Assembly: GCA_003282175.1 (NCBI GenBank)
Contig: QBZX01000006.1
Coordinates: 11,756-75,755, forward strand
Origin: Pelagibacteraceae bacterium AG-337-G06
GTDB taxonomy: Bacteria; Pseudomonadota; Alphaproteobacteria; Pelagibacterales; AG-422-B15
Direction: 5' to 3'
DNA length: 64,000 bases
Shown piece after piece: positions 31,861-42,524 of this stretch; position 1 is the stretch's first letter; every line of letters starts with the position of its first letter. The notes beneath the pieces were generated by a model. The model was not told the origin of the DNA. It made no database searches and saw nothing but the letters and a program-made list of their open reading frames with translations. The translations under genes were made by a program, and so were the position numbers.

Positions 31861-31925
31861 TAATATCAATATCATAAATCTATAAAAGATTAGTGAATTA
31901 AGTAAAAATACTTTCTATTGGGGGG

Positions 31926-31953
31926 GTTGCACACAAAAATGAACTACCTATAT
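31926..31953 (+). promoter_or_regulatory. Putative RpoH (sigma-32)-type heat-shock promoter of dnaKJ
   Basis: GTTG (31926-31929), 17 nt, then CCTATAT (31947-31953). Compared with my recollection of the alphaproteobacterial RpoH consensus CTTG-N17-CYTATNT. An SD-like AAAGAG lies before the ATG at 31982. Confidence 0.45.
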
Positions 31954-31981
31954 ATAAGTCAAATCAAATAAAGAGAATTTT

Positions 31982-33910
31982 ATGGGTAAAGTAATAGGAA
32001 TAGATTTAGGAACAACTAACAGTTGTATCTCAATAATGGATGGTAAGGATCCAAAGGTAATTGAAAATGCAGAAGGCTCTCGTACAACGCCATCTATCAT
32101 AAGCTTTGGTGCTGAAAGTGAAAAACTGGTTGGTCAGCCAGCTAAGAGGCAAGGTGTAACAAACCCTGAAAATACTTTTTTTGCCATTAAAAGACTTATG
32201 GGACGTTCTTTTGAAGACCCAATGGTTAAGAAAGACTCGGACATGGTACCATTTAAAATTATAAAATCTGAAAATGGTGATGCATGGGTAGAATCTGGAA
32301 ATGAAAAATATTCCCCATCACAGATTTCTGCTTTTGTATTGCAAAAACTAAAAGAAGATGCAGAAAGATATTTAGGAGAAACTGTTGAGAAAGCAGTAAT
32401 TACCGTACCAGCTTATTTTAACGATGCACAAAGACAGGCTACCAAAGACGCAGGTAAAATAGCTGGACTAGAAGTTGAAAGAATTGTTAATGAGCCCACA
32501 GCCGCTGCACTAGCATATGGTCTAGATAAAAAAGATGGCAAAACAATTGCTGTTTATGATTTAGGTGGAGGAACTTTTGATATTTCAATATTAGAAATTG
32601 GTGATGGAGTTTTTGAGGTTAAATCAACTAATGGTGATACATTCCTTGGTGGAGAAGATTTTGACTCAAGACTTCTCAGTTATTTAGCTGATGAGTTTAA
32701 AAAAGAAAATAATATTGATCTAACTCAAGATAAATTGGCTTTACAGAGACTTAAAGAGTCAGCGGAGAAAGCTAAAATAGAATTATCATCTACTTCTCAA
32801 ACAGAAATCAATCTTCCGTTTATTACTGCGGATCAATCTGGTCCAAAGCACTTAAACATTAAAGTTACAAGAGCTAAACTTGAAACATTAGTCGATGATT
32901 TAATTGAAAAAACTATTAAACCATGTGACGCTGCATTAAAGGATGCAGGTTTGAGCGCAGGTGAAATTGATGAAGTTGTTCTTGTTGGCGGTATGACAAG
33001 AATGCCTAAAGTAATTGAAACAGTTAAAAACTTCTTTGGTAAGGAACCTAATAAAGGAGTTAATCCTGACGAAGTAGTAGCTCAAGGAGCTGCTATTCAA
33101 GCAGGGATACTCCAGGGTGATGTTAAAGATGTATTATTGTTAGATGTCACTCCTCTCTCTCTTGGAATTGAAACATTAGGAGGAGTATTCACAAAACTAA
33201 TTGATAAAAATACGACAATACCTACAAAGAAAAGCCAGGTCTTCTCTACAGCAGATGATAATCAAACAGCGGTGACAATACGTGTATGCCAAGGCGAAAG
33301 AGAGATGGCATCGGATAATAAGCTTCTAGGCAATTTTGATCTTGTTGGCATTCCCCCAGCACCAAGAGGAGTACCTCAGGTTGAAGTGACTTTTGATATT
33401 GATGCTAATGGAATTGTGAATGTGTCTGCCAAAGATAAAGGAACTGGAAAAGAACAACAGATTAAAATTCAAGCTTCTGGTGGCTTAAGTGAGGAAGAAA
33501 TAGAAAAAATGGTCAAAGAAGCTGAGGCAAATGCAGAGACAGATAAAAAGAAAAGAGAAACCGTCGATGTTAAAAATCAAGCTGATACAATGGTACACTC
33601 AGCAGAAAAAAATCTTAAAGAATTTGGTGACAAGGTTTCAGATCAAGAAAAAAATGCAATCGAGAGTGATATTAAGACTTTGAAAGAAGCAATTGCCTCT
33701 GATGATATAGAAAAAATTAAAAGTGGCCTGGAAGCATTAACTCAATCTTCCATGAAACTAGGTGAAGCTATGTATAAAGCTCAACAACAAGATGCTCCTT
33801 CACCAGAAGGTGGACCAGCAGGCGGTGAACCTAATGATGCAAAAGAAAACAATGAAAAAGTTGTTGATGCAGAATTTGAAGAAGTTAAAGAAGACAATAA
33901 AGAATCGTAA
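31982..33910 (+). CDS. dnaK: Molecular chaperone DnaK (Hsp70)
   Basis: [18 protein letters not shown] and [10 protein letters not shown] motifs. 642 aa. Confidence 0.99.
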   Translation: MGKVIGIDLGTTNSCISIMDGKDPKVIENAEGSRTTPSIISFGAESEKLVGQPAKRQGVTNPENTFFAIKRLMGRSFEDPMVKKDSDMVPFKIIKSENGDAWVESGNEKYSPSQISAFVLQKLKEDAERYLGETVEKAVITVPAYFNDAQRQATKDAGKIAGLEVERIVNEPTAAALAYGLDKKDGKTIAVYDLGGGTFDISILEIGDGVFEVKSTNGDTFLGGEDFDSRLLSYLADEFKKENNIDLTQDKLALQRLKESAEKAKIELSSTSQTEINLPFITADQSGPKHLNIKVTRAKLETLVDDLIEKTIKPCDAALKDAGLSAGEIDEVVLVGGMTRMPKVIETVKNFFGKEPNKGVNPDEVVAQGAAIQAGILQGDVKDVLLLDVTPLSLGIETLGGVFTKLIDKNTTIPTKKSQVFSTADDNQTAVTIRVCQGEREMASDNKLLGNFDLVGIPPAPRGVPQVEVTFDIDANGIVNVSAKDKGTGKEQQIKIQASGGLSEEEIEKMVKEAEANAETDKKKRETVDVKNQADTMVHSAEKNLKEFGDKVSDQEKNAIESDIKTLKEAIASDDIEKIKSGLEALTQSSMKLGEAMYKAQQQDAPSPEGGPAGGEPNDAKENNEKVVDAEFEEVKEDNKES

Positions 33911-33922
33911 GCGGGTAAGCTT

Positions 33923-35062
33923 ATGTCAAAAAGAGACTATTATGAAGTTCTTGGTGTGTCCAAGACTGCTGACGATTCAGAGATAAAAAAATCCTATAGA
34001 AAACTTGCGATGAAATATCATCCTGATCGAAATCAGGGAGATGCGGAAGCTGAAGTAAAATTCAAAGAAGCTAGTGAGGCATACGCTGTTCTTCAAGATA
34101 AAGAAAAAAGATCTGCTTATGATCAGTTTGGCCATGCAGCTGTCGATGGAAGCTCTGGTCAAGGTGGTGGTGGATTTGATTTTTCTTCATCAGCCTTTCA
34201 GGATATTTTTGAGGATTTTTTTGGTGGTGACTCATCTTTTTTTGGTGGAGGTGGAAACAGAAGGAGAAAGTCAAACAATCGTGGATCTGATTTAAGATAT
34301 GATATTACAGTCTCACTTGAAGAAGCATATAATGGAAAAAAATTCAAAGTAAAAATACCTACACAGGTTCAATGTGAGATATGTTCTGGTTCAGGAGCAT
34401 CTAAAGGAAGTCAACCCATCACGTGTCAATCATGTGGGGGAAGAGGACAAATTAGATCGCAACAAGGTTTCTTTTCGATACAACAAACTTGTCCTACCTG
34501 TCAGGGAACAGGTTCAACAATATCTGATCCTTGTAATCCATGTCGCGGTTCCGGCCGAACTCAAAAAACAAAAAGTCTAATGGTTAAAATACCAAAAGGA
34601 GTTGATGATGGATCAAGAATAAGACTAAGTGGTGAGGGTGAAGCTGGTACAAATGGCGGTCAACAAGGCGATTTGTATATTTTTGTTAATGTCAACGAAC
34701 ACAGTATATTCGCCAGAGAAGATGAAAATCTTTTTGCCGAGGTACCTATTTCAATGATTGATGCTGCCGTTGGCGGGTCTATTGATGTGCCAATTATAGA
34801 TGGAGGTAAAGCAAGATTAAAAATACCTCAGGGAACACAAACAGGAGATCAATTTAGACTTAAATCGAAAGGAATGCCTAACGTAAGAAGTGGATATCTT
34901 GGTGATTTATATATACAAACCAAAGTTGAAACTCCTGTGAATTTAAACAAAAAACAAATTGAGATTCTAAAGTCCTTTCAAGAAGTCAGTAATAATGAAG
35001 AAAATCCTCTTAGCTCGGCTTTTTTTAAAAAAGCCAGAGATTTCTGGAAAACAAAAAATTAA
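33923..35062 (+). CDS. dnaJ: Molecular chaperone DnaJ
   Basis: J-domain KYHPDRN, a G/F-rich linker, and four CxxCxGxG zinc-finger repeats. Confidence 0.98.
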   Translation: MSKRDYYEVLGVSKTADDSEIKKSYRKLAMKYHPDRNQGDAEAEVKFKEASEAYAVLQDKEKRSAYDQFGHAAVDGSSGQGGGGFDFSSSAFQDIFEDFFGGDSSFFGGGGNRRRKSNNRGSDLRYDITVSLEEAYNGKKFKVKIPTQVQCEICSGSGASKGSQPITCQSCGGRGQIRSQQGFFSIQQTCPTCQGTGSTISDPCNPCRGSGRTQKTKSLMVKIPKGVDDGSRIRLSGEGEAGTNGGQQGDLYIFVNVNEHSIFAREDENLFAEVPISMIDAAVGGSIDVPIIDGGKARLKIPQGTQTGDQFRLKSKGMPNVRSGYLGDLYIQTKVETPVNLNKKQIEILKSFQEVSNNEENPLSSAFFKKARDFWKTKN

Positions 35063-35102
35063 ATACCATTACTTTTTTCTTTATTTGAATTATCTTTAAA
35101 CA

Positions 35103-35909
35103 ATGAAAAAAATTAAAGTAATTGTAACGGGTGCTTCAGGTCGCATGGGCACGCAAATAGCAAAAAGAATTGTTCAAGATAAATCTTTTACATTGTTTGG
35201 AGCAACCGAGAGCATTGGTCATCCTTCAATAGGAAAGGATATAGGTCAAGTTTTAAAAACAAAAAAAACAGGTATTTTAATTACAGATAACATTATTGAA
35301 CTGTTTGCAAAAGCTGATGCAGTTATTGATTTTACAGTTCCAAAAGCAACATTAGAGCATGCAAAATATTCTGCACAAGCAAGAATTGTTCACGTGATTG
35401 GAACAACTGGGTTCAGCAAAAGCCAATTACGTAAAATAGATTTTGCTGCACAGCACGCTACAATTATTAAATCTGGCAATATGAGTTTGGGAATAAATTT
35501 ATTAGAGAGTATTGTAAAAATTGCTTCCTCAAAATTAGATAGCTCTTTTGATATAAAAATAAATGAAACTCATCATAAATATAAAATTGATGCACCATCA
35601 GGAACAGCAATAATGCTTGGTAAATCTGCTGCTAGTGGGAAAAATAAAAAATTGGAAAATGTACTGAAGATTAATCGCACTAATACAATTGGTAAAAATG
35701 TAAAAAATAAAATTGTAATGTCGTCCTTTAGAAAAGGTGAAACCATTGGAGAGCATGAAATAATATTCACATCAGATGATGAAACGATTAGAATTCAGCA
35801 TATAGCTGAAAATAGGGGCATTTTCGCCAATGGAGCACTTCAAGCTGTAAAATGGGGAATGAATAAAGGACCAGGACTTTTTTCAATGACCGACGTTTTG
35901 AATATTTAG
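35103..35909 (+). CDS. dapB: 4-hydroxy-tetrahydrodipicolinate reductase
   Basis: GASGRMG and ETHHKYKIDAPSGTA motifs. Confidence 0.94.
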   Translation: MKKIKVIVTGASGRMGTQIAKRIVQDKSFTLFGATESIGHPSIGKDIGQVLKTKKTGILITDNIIELFAKADAVIDFTVPKATLEHAKYSAQARIVHVIGTTGFSKSQLRKIDFAAQHATIIKSGNMSLGINLLESIVKIASSKLDSSFDIKINETHHKYKIDAPSGTAIMLGKSAASGKNKKLENVLKINRTNTIGKNVKNKIVMSSFRKGETIGEHEIIFTSDDETIRIQHIAENRGIFANGALQAVKWGMNKGPGLFSMTDVLNI

Positions 35910-35927
35910 AACCGTAAGAAATAGCTT

Positions 35928-36581
35928 ATGCAAAGAGCTGAACGTGCAACAAAAATAATGGGTATACTAAATAAAATATATCCTAAAACTCCTATACCCC
36001 TAAATCACAAGAACAAATTTGAACTTTTAATCTCTGTTCTTTTAAGTGCACAATGTACTGATAAAAGAGTGAATGAAATTACACCAATACTTTTTAAAGA
36101 AGCAAATAATGCAAAAAAAATGCAAACGTTATCTAAAAATAAAATATACAAGATTATAAGACCATGTGGCCTTGCCCCCCAAAAGTCTAGCGCAATCCAT
36201 AGATTATCTAAAATATTAGTTAATAATTTTAATGGCAAGGTACCAGAAAGTTTTGAAGAACTTGAAAAGCTTCCTGGTGTTGGCCATAAAACAGCCAGTG
36301 TAGTAATGTCACAAGGTTTTGGTCATCCAGCTTTTCCTGTTGACACACATATTCATCGATTAGCGCAAAGATGGGGACTTACTAATGGAAAAAATGTAAC
36401 TCAAACAGAAAAAGATTTAAAAAAAATCTTTCCAATGAGTAGTTGGAACAAGCTTCATTTACAAATCATTTTTTATGGAAGAGAGTATTGTGAAGCAAGA
36501 AAATGTTTTGGCTTAGAATGTAACATTTGCAAGACCTGTTTTCCTGATAGAAAAAAGCCAGTACAAACAAAAAAACCTTAA
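35928..36581 (+). CDS. nth: Endonuclease III (DNA glycosylase/AP lyase)
   Basis: HhH-GPD LPGVGHKTASVV, VDTHIHR, and a C-terminal Cys-rich Fe-S region (CEARKCFGLECNICKTC). Confidence 0.9.
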   Translation: MQRAERATKIMGILNKIYPKTPIPLNHKNKFELLISVLLSAQCTDKRVNEITPILFKEANNAKKMQTLSKNKIYKIIRPCGLAPQKSSAIHRLSKILVNNFNGKVPESFEELEKLPGVGHKTASVVMSQGFGHPAFPVDTHIHRLAQRWGLTNGKNVTQTEKDLKKIFPMSSWNKLHLQIIFYGREYCEARKCFGLECNICKTCFPDRKKPVQTKKP

Positions 36582-36640
36582 TAGATATTTTTACAATAGG
36601 GAGTTGATAGTTTGACGGTAACTGCTAGAGTTCTTTCGAT

Positions 36641-37369
36641 ATGACAAATAAAGTAGCATTGATAATTGGCGCTGGCGATAGTCTAGGTTCGTCAATAGCA
36701 AGAGTTTTTGCAAATGATGGGTTTACTGTTGTAGTTGCAAGAAGAAATGGTGACAAGTTATCTAAGTTAGCTGAAGAAATTAAAAAAAATGGTGGCGAAT
36801 GTTTCTTTTATTCACTTGATGCAAGAAAAGAGGATGACGTCATTGGTTTAATTAATAAAATTGAAAACGAAATCGGAGAGATCTTGGTTGCAGTATACAA
36901 CATAGGGGCAAATATCAGGTACGGCATATTAGAAACAACATCAAGAAAGTATTATAAAGTTTGGGAAATGGCTGCATTCGGTGCATTTCTTATGGGAAGA
37001 GAAGTTGCAAAAAAAATGGTTCCTAGAAAAAAAGGAACTATAATTTTTACTGGTGCATCGGCAAGCGTTAGGGGTAAAGAAGGTTTTGCCGCTTTTTCGG
37101 GAGCAAAGCATGCAAAGCGGGCTCTATCACAGAGTATGGCAAGAGAGTTGGGACCTAAAGGAATTCATGTTGCGCATGTTGTTATTGATGGGGCAATTGA
37201 TACCCCATGGGTCAATGAATTATTTCCCGATTATGTGAAAGAAAAGAAAAAAGTTGATGGACTAATGAATCCAGATGATATTGCACAGAACTACTTAATG
37301 ATACATAATCAACCAAAAAACGCGTGGACTTATGAAATAGATCTGCGTCCTTGGGTGGAGACATGGTAG
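36641..37369 (+). CDS. Short-chain dehydrogenase/reductase family protein (atypical: F-x3-K in place of Y-x3-K)
   Basis: GAGDSLGSSIA glycine-rich loop, and GASAS followed by AAFSGAKHAKR. The substrate is unknown. Confidence 0.7.
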   Translation: MTNKVALIIGAGDSLGSSIARVFANDGFTVVVARRNGDKLSKLAEEIKKNGGECFFYSLDARKEDDVIGLINKIENEIGEILVAVYNIGANIRYGILETTSRKYYKVWEMAAFGAFLMGREVAKKMVPRKKGTIIFTGASASVRGKEGFAAFSGAKHAKRALSQSMARELGPKGIHVAHVVIDGAIDTPWVNELFPDYVKEKKKVDGLMNPDDIAQNYLMIHNQPKNAWTYEIDLRPWVETW

Positions 37370-38316
37370 ATAATAAATATGACATCGTAGGTATTGGCAA
37401 TTCTATTGTTGACGTGATTACAGACGTAGAAGATCAATTTTTGAATGAGCACGAATTGAGAAAAGGCCTCATGTCTTTAGTGGACTTAGATGGCATTAAA
37501 AATATCTCAGAGAAAATTGATATTAAAAAAACTGTGTCTGGTGGATCAGTTGCAAACTCAATAGTTGCTCTAGCTCAAAATAATATGAAAACAGCTTTTA
37601 TTGGAAAAGTTGGAATAGATGAAGTAGGGAACGCATTTGTTGATGGATTAAATAAAGAAAATGTATTTTTTGCGAATGTCCCTCAGTCTGACGATAGTGA
37701 AACAGGACGTTGCTTAGTTATGGTAACCCCTGATGCTCAAAGGACAATGAGTACGTATTTAGGAATTTCCCAAAAGCTAAATTCTGATGATGTTAATGAA
37801 GATGTTATTTCACAATCAAAAATCACTTATCTAGAGGGATATCTTTGGGACCTAGATGATGCCCAAGTTGCAATCAAAAAAGCGACAAAGGTGGCTAAGG
37901 AAAATAATAAAATTGTAGCCTTCAGTGTATCTGACGTATTTTGTATTGAACGTTTTAAAGAGAGTTTTTTAAGTTTAATTAATGAAGAAGCTGATATTAT
38001 TTTTGCAAACGAAGAGGAGATTAAATCTCTATTAGGAACATCAGACTTGGATGATAGCATAAACATTATCAAAGATAAAAATAAGATATTCGCAATAACA
38101 CTTGGTGAAAATGGGGCAATGATTATAAATAACGAAGAAGTAATTAAAATTGAACCCCAAAAAATAGATAACCTTATTGATACAACGGGAGCTGGTGATC
38201 TATTTGCAGCAGGATTTTTGTTAAAATATATTCAGGGACAGCCCCTTGAAGTGTGTGGCAAAGAAGGAGTTAGATTTGCTTCTAAGGTAATACAAATCTA
38301 CGGGGCTAGATTATAA
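37363..38316 (+). CDS. PfkB-family carbohydrate/nucleoside kinase (adenosine-kinase-like)
   Basis: N-terminal IVGIGNSIVD and C-terminal DTTGAGDLFAAGF motifs. I prefer the ATG at 37363 (ATGGTAG overlap with the SDR stop) over the TTG at 37351 used by the track. Confidence 0.75.
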   Translation: MVDNKYDIVGIGNSIVDVITDVEDQFLNEHELRKGLMSLVDLDGIKNISEKIDIKKTVSGGSVANSIVALAQNNMKTAFIGKVGIDEVGNAFVDGLNKENVFFANVPQSDDSETGRCLVMVTPDAQRTMSTYLGISQKLNSDDVNEDVISQSKITYLEGYLWDLDDAQVAIKKATKVAKENNKIVAFSVSDVFCIERFKESFLSLINEEADIIFANEEEIKSLLGTSDLDDSINIIKDKNKIFAITLGENGAMIINNEEVIKIEPQKIDNLIDTTGAGDLFAAGFLLKYIQGQPLEVCGKEGVRFASKVIQIYGARL

Positions 38317-38319
38317 AAT

Positions 38320-39300
38320 TTAACTATCTAAAATTTTATCAATTTCATTAATTACTGCATCTGAAGTTATTAAATCTATATCATCTCCACCAAAACTCTG
38401 TGATGCAATAAAATTAATGTTTGTGAATTGGTCATTTAAAAATTTGACTGCACTTGTTGGACCACAGATTTTTAACAAAGGACACATATTAGTTGAGAGC
38501 ATTTGACCAGTTCCGCTGTCATTGGTTATAGCAATATCTAAATAATTTGTTGATGCCATTACCACTTCAATTCCTGGATAATTTGCAACTTCTTCTTCAG
38601 GAAAAAGAGGATTATCTATAACATCAATTATTTCTTTACGAAGATTTTGTTCCTGTGGTCCAAGAAAAAAAACAATATTGAAATCTTTTTTTTCATAAAA
38701 TTTAGCTACTTCTAAGTATTTATCAAATGACCAAATCCTTGTTGGAGTATTTGAACCAGGCGCAATACCAATATACTTTTTACTGGGGTCAAACAATTTA
38801 TTTAAGGTCTCTGTTATTGCTTGAGGAATATCTAATTCAAATTGTTTTTTATCTTTATAATCAGAAACTAGGTCAAGCATTTCAATAATACTTTTTATAT
38901 AAAATTTTCTTTCTTTACTAAAAGCTTTAGGTTTTAAGTTGGAAAAAAACCAATTAGTCGCAGATGAAATAAAAATTTTTGTTTTTAGCCTCTTTAAGGC
39001 AATGGTTCTGGACACAGCTTTTTGTGTATCAATAATAATATCAAATTCTTCGTTATTTAAATTATAAACATTTGAGATTTTTTTCCAAAAGAAGGGATTT
39101 AGTTTTGCTTTTTCCCATATTTTGTCGATATAGTTTGAGGTAAACTTTTTTAGTCTTTTATTATACTCCGTATAGATTGTGTCAGTCATCCAATGAATTT
39201 CATAATTTGGAAATCTATCTTTTAATTGATAAACAATTGGCAATTTTAAAATGCCATCTCCAATTTGCTCCCCATTGCTGAAGATTAAAACTTTTTTCAT
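38320..39300 (-). CDS. Glycosyltransferase family 9 (heptosyltransferase-like)
   Basis: N-terminal GDGILKLP, and C-terminal ITNDSGTGQML...ICGPTS resembling the GT9 GNDSGPMHLA...FGPT signature. Confidence 0.6.
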   Translation of the reverse strand: MKKVLIFSNGEQIGDGILKLPIVYQLKDRFPNYEIHWMTDTIYTEYNKRLKKFTSNYIDKIWEKAKLNPFFWKKISNVYNLNNEEFDIIIDTQKAVSRTIALKRLKTKIFISSATNWFFSNLKPKAFSKERKFYIKSIIEMLDLVSDYKDKKQFELDIPQAITETLNKLFDPSKKYIGIAPGSNTPTRIWSFDKYLEVAKFYEKKDFNIVFFLGPQEQNLRKEIIDVIDNPLFPEEEVANYPGIEVVMASTNYLDIAITNDSGTGQMLSTNMCPLLKICGPTSAVKFLNDQFTNINFIASQSFGGDDIDLITSDAVINEIDKILDS

Positions 39301-39304
39301 TGGT

Positions 39305-40321
39305 TTAATTTTGAGTCGTGTCTTCTGAAACTTTTATTATTAATTTCCCCTCATTTTCTCCTGAAAATAACTTTTTAATAGAGTTTTCTGCATTCTCTAA
39401 ACCAGGAACTATATGGTTTTTATATTTAATTTTTCCCTCTTTGATCCAAGTTGTAAGGTCTTGGTAAGCCTCTATGTATCTTTTAAAATAGTCAAAAACA
39501 ATGAAACCTTTAAGCATTATTCTTTTGATCAATAGGTTTCCCCATGCTGGTCCAGGCACTAATGATTCAGCGTTATAGCCAGATATTAAGCCGCATAAAC
39601 TTATTCTTCCATTTATATTCATTCTTGTAAGGACAGCATCCGTAATGGTTCCTCCAACATTTTCAAAATATATATCAACTCCATCAGAACAAAGATCTTT
39701 AAGTCTTTTTCTAATATTTTCTGTTTTGTAATTTATTGCTCCATCTATGCCAAGATCATTTACTAACCACTGACACTTCTCATCAGAACCAGCGATACCG
39801 ATAACTTTGCATCCTTTTATTTTTCCAATTTGGCAAACTATAGAACCTACAGCACCCGCTGCAGCTGAAACAACTAATGTTTCACCTGGTTGAGGTTTTG
39901 TAATATCTAGTAAACCAAAATAAGCTGTCATCCCTGTCATTCCCAAAATGCTCATGTAACTATCTAATGGAAAACCGGTGCCTTGTGGTATTTGTCTAAC
40001 ACCTTTACCGTTGGTGATAAAATATTCTTGCCATCCACCCATACAATTAACAATCTCACCTTCTTTAAATTTCTGGTTTTTTGATTTCTCAACTATGCCT
40101 ATTGTTCCACCTCTCATAACGTCTCCAGTTTGCATTGCATCAACATAGGAGGCACGCCCACTCATCCATCCTCTGTTAGCAGGATCAAGAGATAAATAAA
40201 TATTCCTTATCAAAACGTCATTTTCATTTAATTCTGGAACAGAAGTTTCTTCCATAACTAAATCTCCTTCTTTGATATCTCCTACAGGGAAATTTTTTAG
40301 TATCCATTGTTTATTAATCAT
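39305..40321 (-). CDS. NADP-dependent medium-chain oxidoreductase (YncB/CurA, alkenal/one reductase-like)
   Basis: 338 aa with AAAGAVGSIVCQIGKIKGCKVIGIAGSDEK cofactor-binding motif. Confidence 0.8.
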   Translation of the reverse strand: MINKQWILKNFPVGDIKEGDLVMEETSVPELNENDVLIRNIYLSLDPANRGWMSGRASYVDAMQTGDVMRGGTIGIVEKSKNQKFKEGEIVNCMGGWQEYFITNGKGVRQIPQGTGFPLDSYMSILGMTGMTAYFGLLDITKPQPGETLVVSAAAGAVGSIVCQIGKIKGCKVIGIAGSDEKCQWLVNDLGIDGAINYKTENIRKRLKDLCSDGVDIYFENVGGTITDAVLTRMNINGRISLCGLISGYNAESLVPGPAWGNLLIKRIMLKGFIVFDYFKRYIEAYQDLTTWIKEGKIKYKNHIVPGLENAENSIKKLFSGENEGKLIIKVSEDTTQN

Positions 40322-40772
40322 TTTTTTCTCCCATCATTTTTTTTAAATTTACTTGAGGCATATCTACAATTACACAAGTAGATGTGGCTGTAACAACAGT
40401 TCTGTTGTTTTGTTCAAGTCTTCCTTCTAGGAAAGCAATATTTTTTCCTGATTTAACTACTTGGCCATATCCAATTACTTTTCCTGGTTTTGTAGGATAT
40501 AAAAAATTAGTTTTTAGTTCTATAGTTGGCGGTCTTTTCTTAAAATGGTTTTGAAAGATAAAAGCAAGAGCAGTAGCATCATCAACCATCCCACTTACGA
40601 TACCTCCTTGAACGTCACCTGCAGGATTACAATATTTTTGCTCTACTTCAAATTCCATTTTAATACTTCCAGCATCAGTATTCACTTCAAGAACTGTCAT
40701 GTTGAATAGGTTAAATAATTTATTTTTATTAAATAATCTTACCAATTCTTCGTCTGAAATCTTACTTGTCAT
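40314..40772 (-). CDS. PaaI-family hotdog thioesterase
   Basis: 152 aa. CNPAGDVQGGIVSGMVDDATA resembles the PaaI/DUF4442 hotdog active-site region. Confidence 0.65.
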   Translation of the reverse strand: MTSKISDEELVRLFNKNKLFNLFNMTVLEVNTDAGSIKMEFEVEQKYCNPAGDVQGGIVSGMVDDATALAFIFQNHFKKRPPTIELKTNFLYPTKPGKVIGYGQVVKSGKNIAFLEGRLEQNNRTVVTATSTCVIVDMPQVNLKKMMGEKND

Positions 40773-40784
40773 TATAAGTTACTC

Positions 40785-41168
40785 TTAATTTGGTTTTTCT
40801 GGAAAAACCATAGGACCTAAAGGTCTTCCAGCTAATAAATGAAAGTGAAGATGTGGTACTTCTTGATGTGCATCATTTCCAGCATTTGCTATAACTCTAT
40901 AACCATTTCCTCCTGAATTTTCACTAATACCCAACATATCCGCAACCTTCGCAATAGCCCTATTAAACCCTATAATTTCATTATCACTGGCGTTTAAACT
41001 AAAGTCATTAATGTCTAGATAGTTGCCTTTAGGAATAATTAATGCGTGGGAAGGTGCTTGAGGCCTTATATCTTTAAAAGAAAGTACAAAGTCATCTTCA
41101 TAAATTTTATCACAGGGAATCTCACCTCTTATTATTTTTGCAAATATATTATCTTTGTTGTAACTCAT
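40785..41168 (-). CDS. HIT-family nucleotide hydrolase (Hint-like)
   Basis: Histidine triad HLHFHLL. 127 aa. Confidence 0.88.
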   Translation of the reverse strand: MSYNKDNIFAKIIRGEIPCDKIYEDDFVLSFKDIRPQAPSHALIIPKGNYLDINDFSLNASDNEIIGFNRAIAKVADMLGISENSGGNGYRVIANAGNDAHQEVPHLHFHLLAGRPLGPMVFPEKPN

Positions 41169-41476
41169 TATTTACGTAACCCTGTTTTACCTTCCCTGCT
41201 TTCCAGCTCTGCGTATATTTGATCAGCTGAAATATCAAATTTTTTCCAGAGTACAAGCAGATGATATATGAGATCGGCAGATTCATATATTATTTGTTCT
41301 GCGTTATCTTGCTCTGCAGCTTCAACTGTTTCAAGAGACTCTTCTTTTAATTTTTCTATGCATTTAGCTTTACCTTCAGATAAGAGCTTGGCTGTGTATG
41401 ATTTAGAGGGATCTTCTTTTGAGCGTTTTTCAATAGTCTCAAATAATCGAACAAGAACATCAACTTTATTAACCAT
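41168..41476 (-). CDS. hisE: Phosphoribosyl-ATP pyrophosphatase
   Basis: 102 aa with SYTAKLL...KCIEKLKEESLET..A......ESADLIYHLLVL, typical of HisE. Follows hisF in the cluster. Confidence 0.9.
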   Translation of the reverse strand: MVNKVDVLVRLFETIEKRSKEDPSKSYTAKLLSEGKAKCIEKLKEESLETVEAAEQDNAEQIIYESADLIYHLLVLWKKFDISADQIYAELESREGKTGLRK

Positions 41477-41763
41477 TATTCATAACCTTCAACAATTGCA
41501 AAAAGTCTATCCTTATCTTCACCAAGCAATTTTTTTGCCTCTTGATATTCTTTACTATTATAAGCTTTTTTTGCATTATCGAATGAGGAGTATTCTACTA
41601 CGACATTTCGTTCGTACTCTTTTCCCTCTGCAATAACTTGACTTCCTCCACGCACTAAAAACTTACCATCGTATTTTTGCACTGCCTTAGATGCAAGTTC
41701 AGCATACATCTTTTGTTTATCGGGATTAAGTATATTTACTTTCGCAATCCAATAACCTTTCAT
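41476..41763 (-). CDS. DUF1330-family small protein
   Basis: 95 aa with MKGYWIAKVNILNPD...YSSFDNAKKAYNSKEYQEA, resembling the DUF1330 dimeric alpha-beta barrel family. Embedded between hisF and hisE. Confidence 0.55.
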   Translation of the reverse strand: MKGYWIAKVNILNPDKQKMYAELASKAVQKYDGKFLVRGGSQVIAEGKEYERNVVVEYSSFDNAKKAYNSKEYQEAKKLLGEDKDRLFAIVEGYE

Positions 41764-41765
41764 GA

Positions 41766-42524
41766 TTAGATCCTAACCGGAATATTATTATCAGCAAGAT
41801 ATCTTTTAACTTCACCTATGCTGTATTGACCAAAGTGAAAAATAGAAGCAGCAAGTAATGCACTTGCCTCCCCTTCAAGAATGCCATCGAGAAGATGACT
41901 CAAGTTGCCAACCCCACCTGACGCAATAACTGGTACATTAACTTTTGAAGTAACAGCTTTTAATAGTTTATTATCAAACCCACTTTTTGTTCCATCTCTA
42001 TCCATTGATGTAAGCAATATTTCTCCTGCACCTAGTTTTGCGACTTCATTGCAGTACGTAACAACATCAATGTTGGTTTCTTTTCTCCCACCATGAGTGA
42101 ATACTTTCCATTGATTTTCAGCGGTTTCTTTTGCGTCTACAGCTATCACGATTGTTGATGAACCATACTTGTTTGCAGCCTCAGCTACTAAATCAATATT
42201 ATCAACTGCTGCTGTATTTATTGAAACTTTATCTGCTCCAAAATGAAGTAAACGTGAAATATCATCCAAATTCCTGACACCTCCACCTACAGTAAGTGGT
42301 ATGAAACAATTCTCAGCTGTTTTTTTCACCACCTCTAGCAATGTGTCTCTGTTATCACTTGACGCAGTAATATCTAAAAAACAAAGCTCATCAGCTCCTT
42401 CAGCATTATAGATTATAGCTTGTTCGACTGGATCTCCTGCATCAACTAGATCGATAAAATTAACCCCTTTAACAACTCTGCCATTATCAACATCTAAACA
42501 GGGTATAATTCTTTTTTTTAACAT
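41766..42524 (-). CDS. hisF: Imidazole glycerol phosphate synthase cyclase subunit
   Basis: [20 protein letters not shown] and ASGGVG motifs. Confidence 0.97.
   Translation of the reverse strand: MLKKRIIPCLDVDNGRVVKGVNFIDLVDAGDPVEQAIIYNAEGADELCFLDITASSDNRDTLLEVVKKTAENCFIPLTVGGGVRNLDDISRLLHFGADKVSINTAAVDNIDLVAEAANKYGSSTIVIAVDAKETAENQWKVFTHGGRKETNIDVVTYCNEVAKLGAGEILLTSMDRDGTKSGFDNKLLKAVTSKVNVPVIASGGVGNLSHLLDGILEGEASALLAASIFHFGQYSIGEVKRYLADNNIPVRI

Noticed and set aside
33762-34580. Several 60-75-aa ORFs on both strands overlapping the dnaK 3' end and the dnaJ G/F-rich and zinc-finger regions.
   Set aside because: They are alternative-frame or antisense readings of highly conserved chaperone genes. 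There is no independent support for them.
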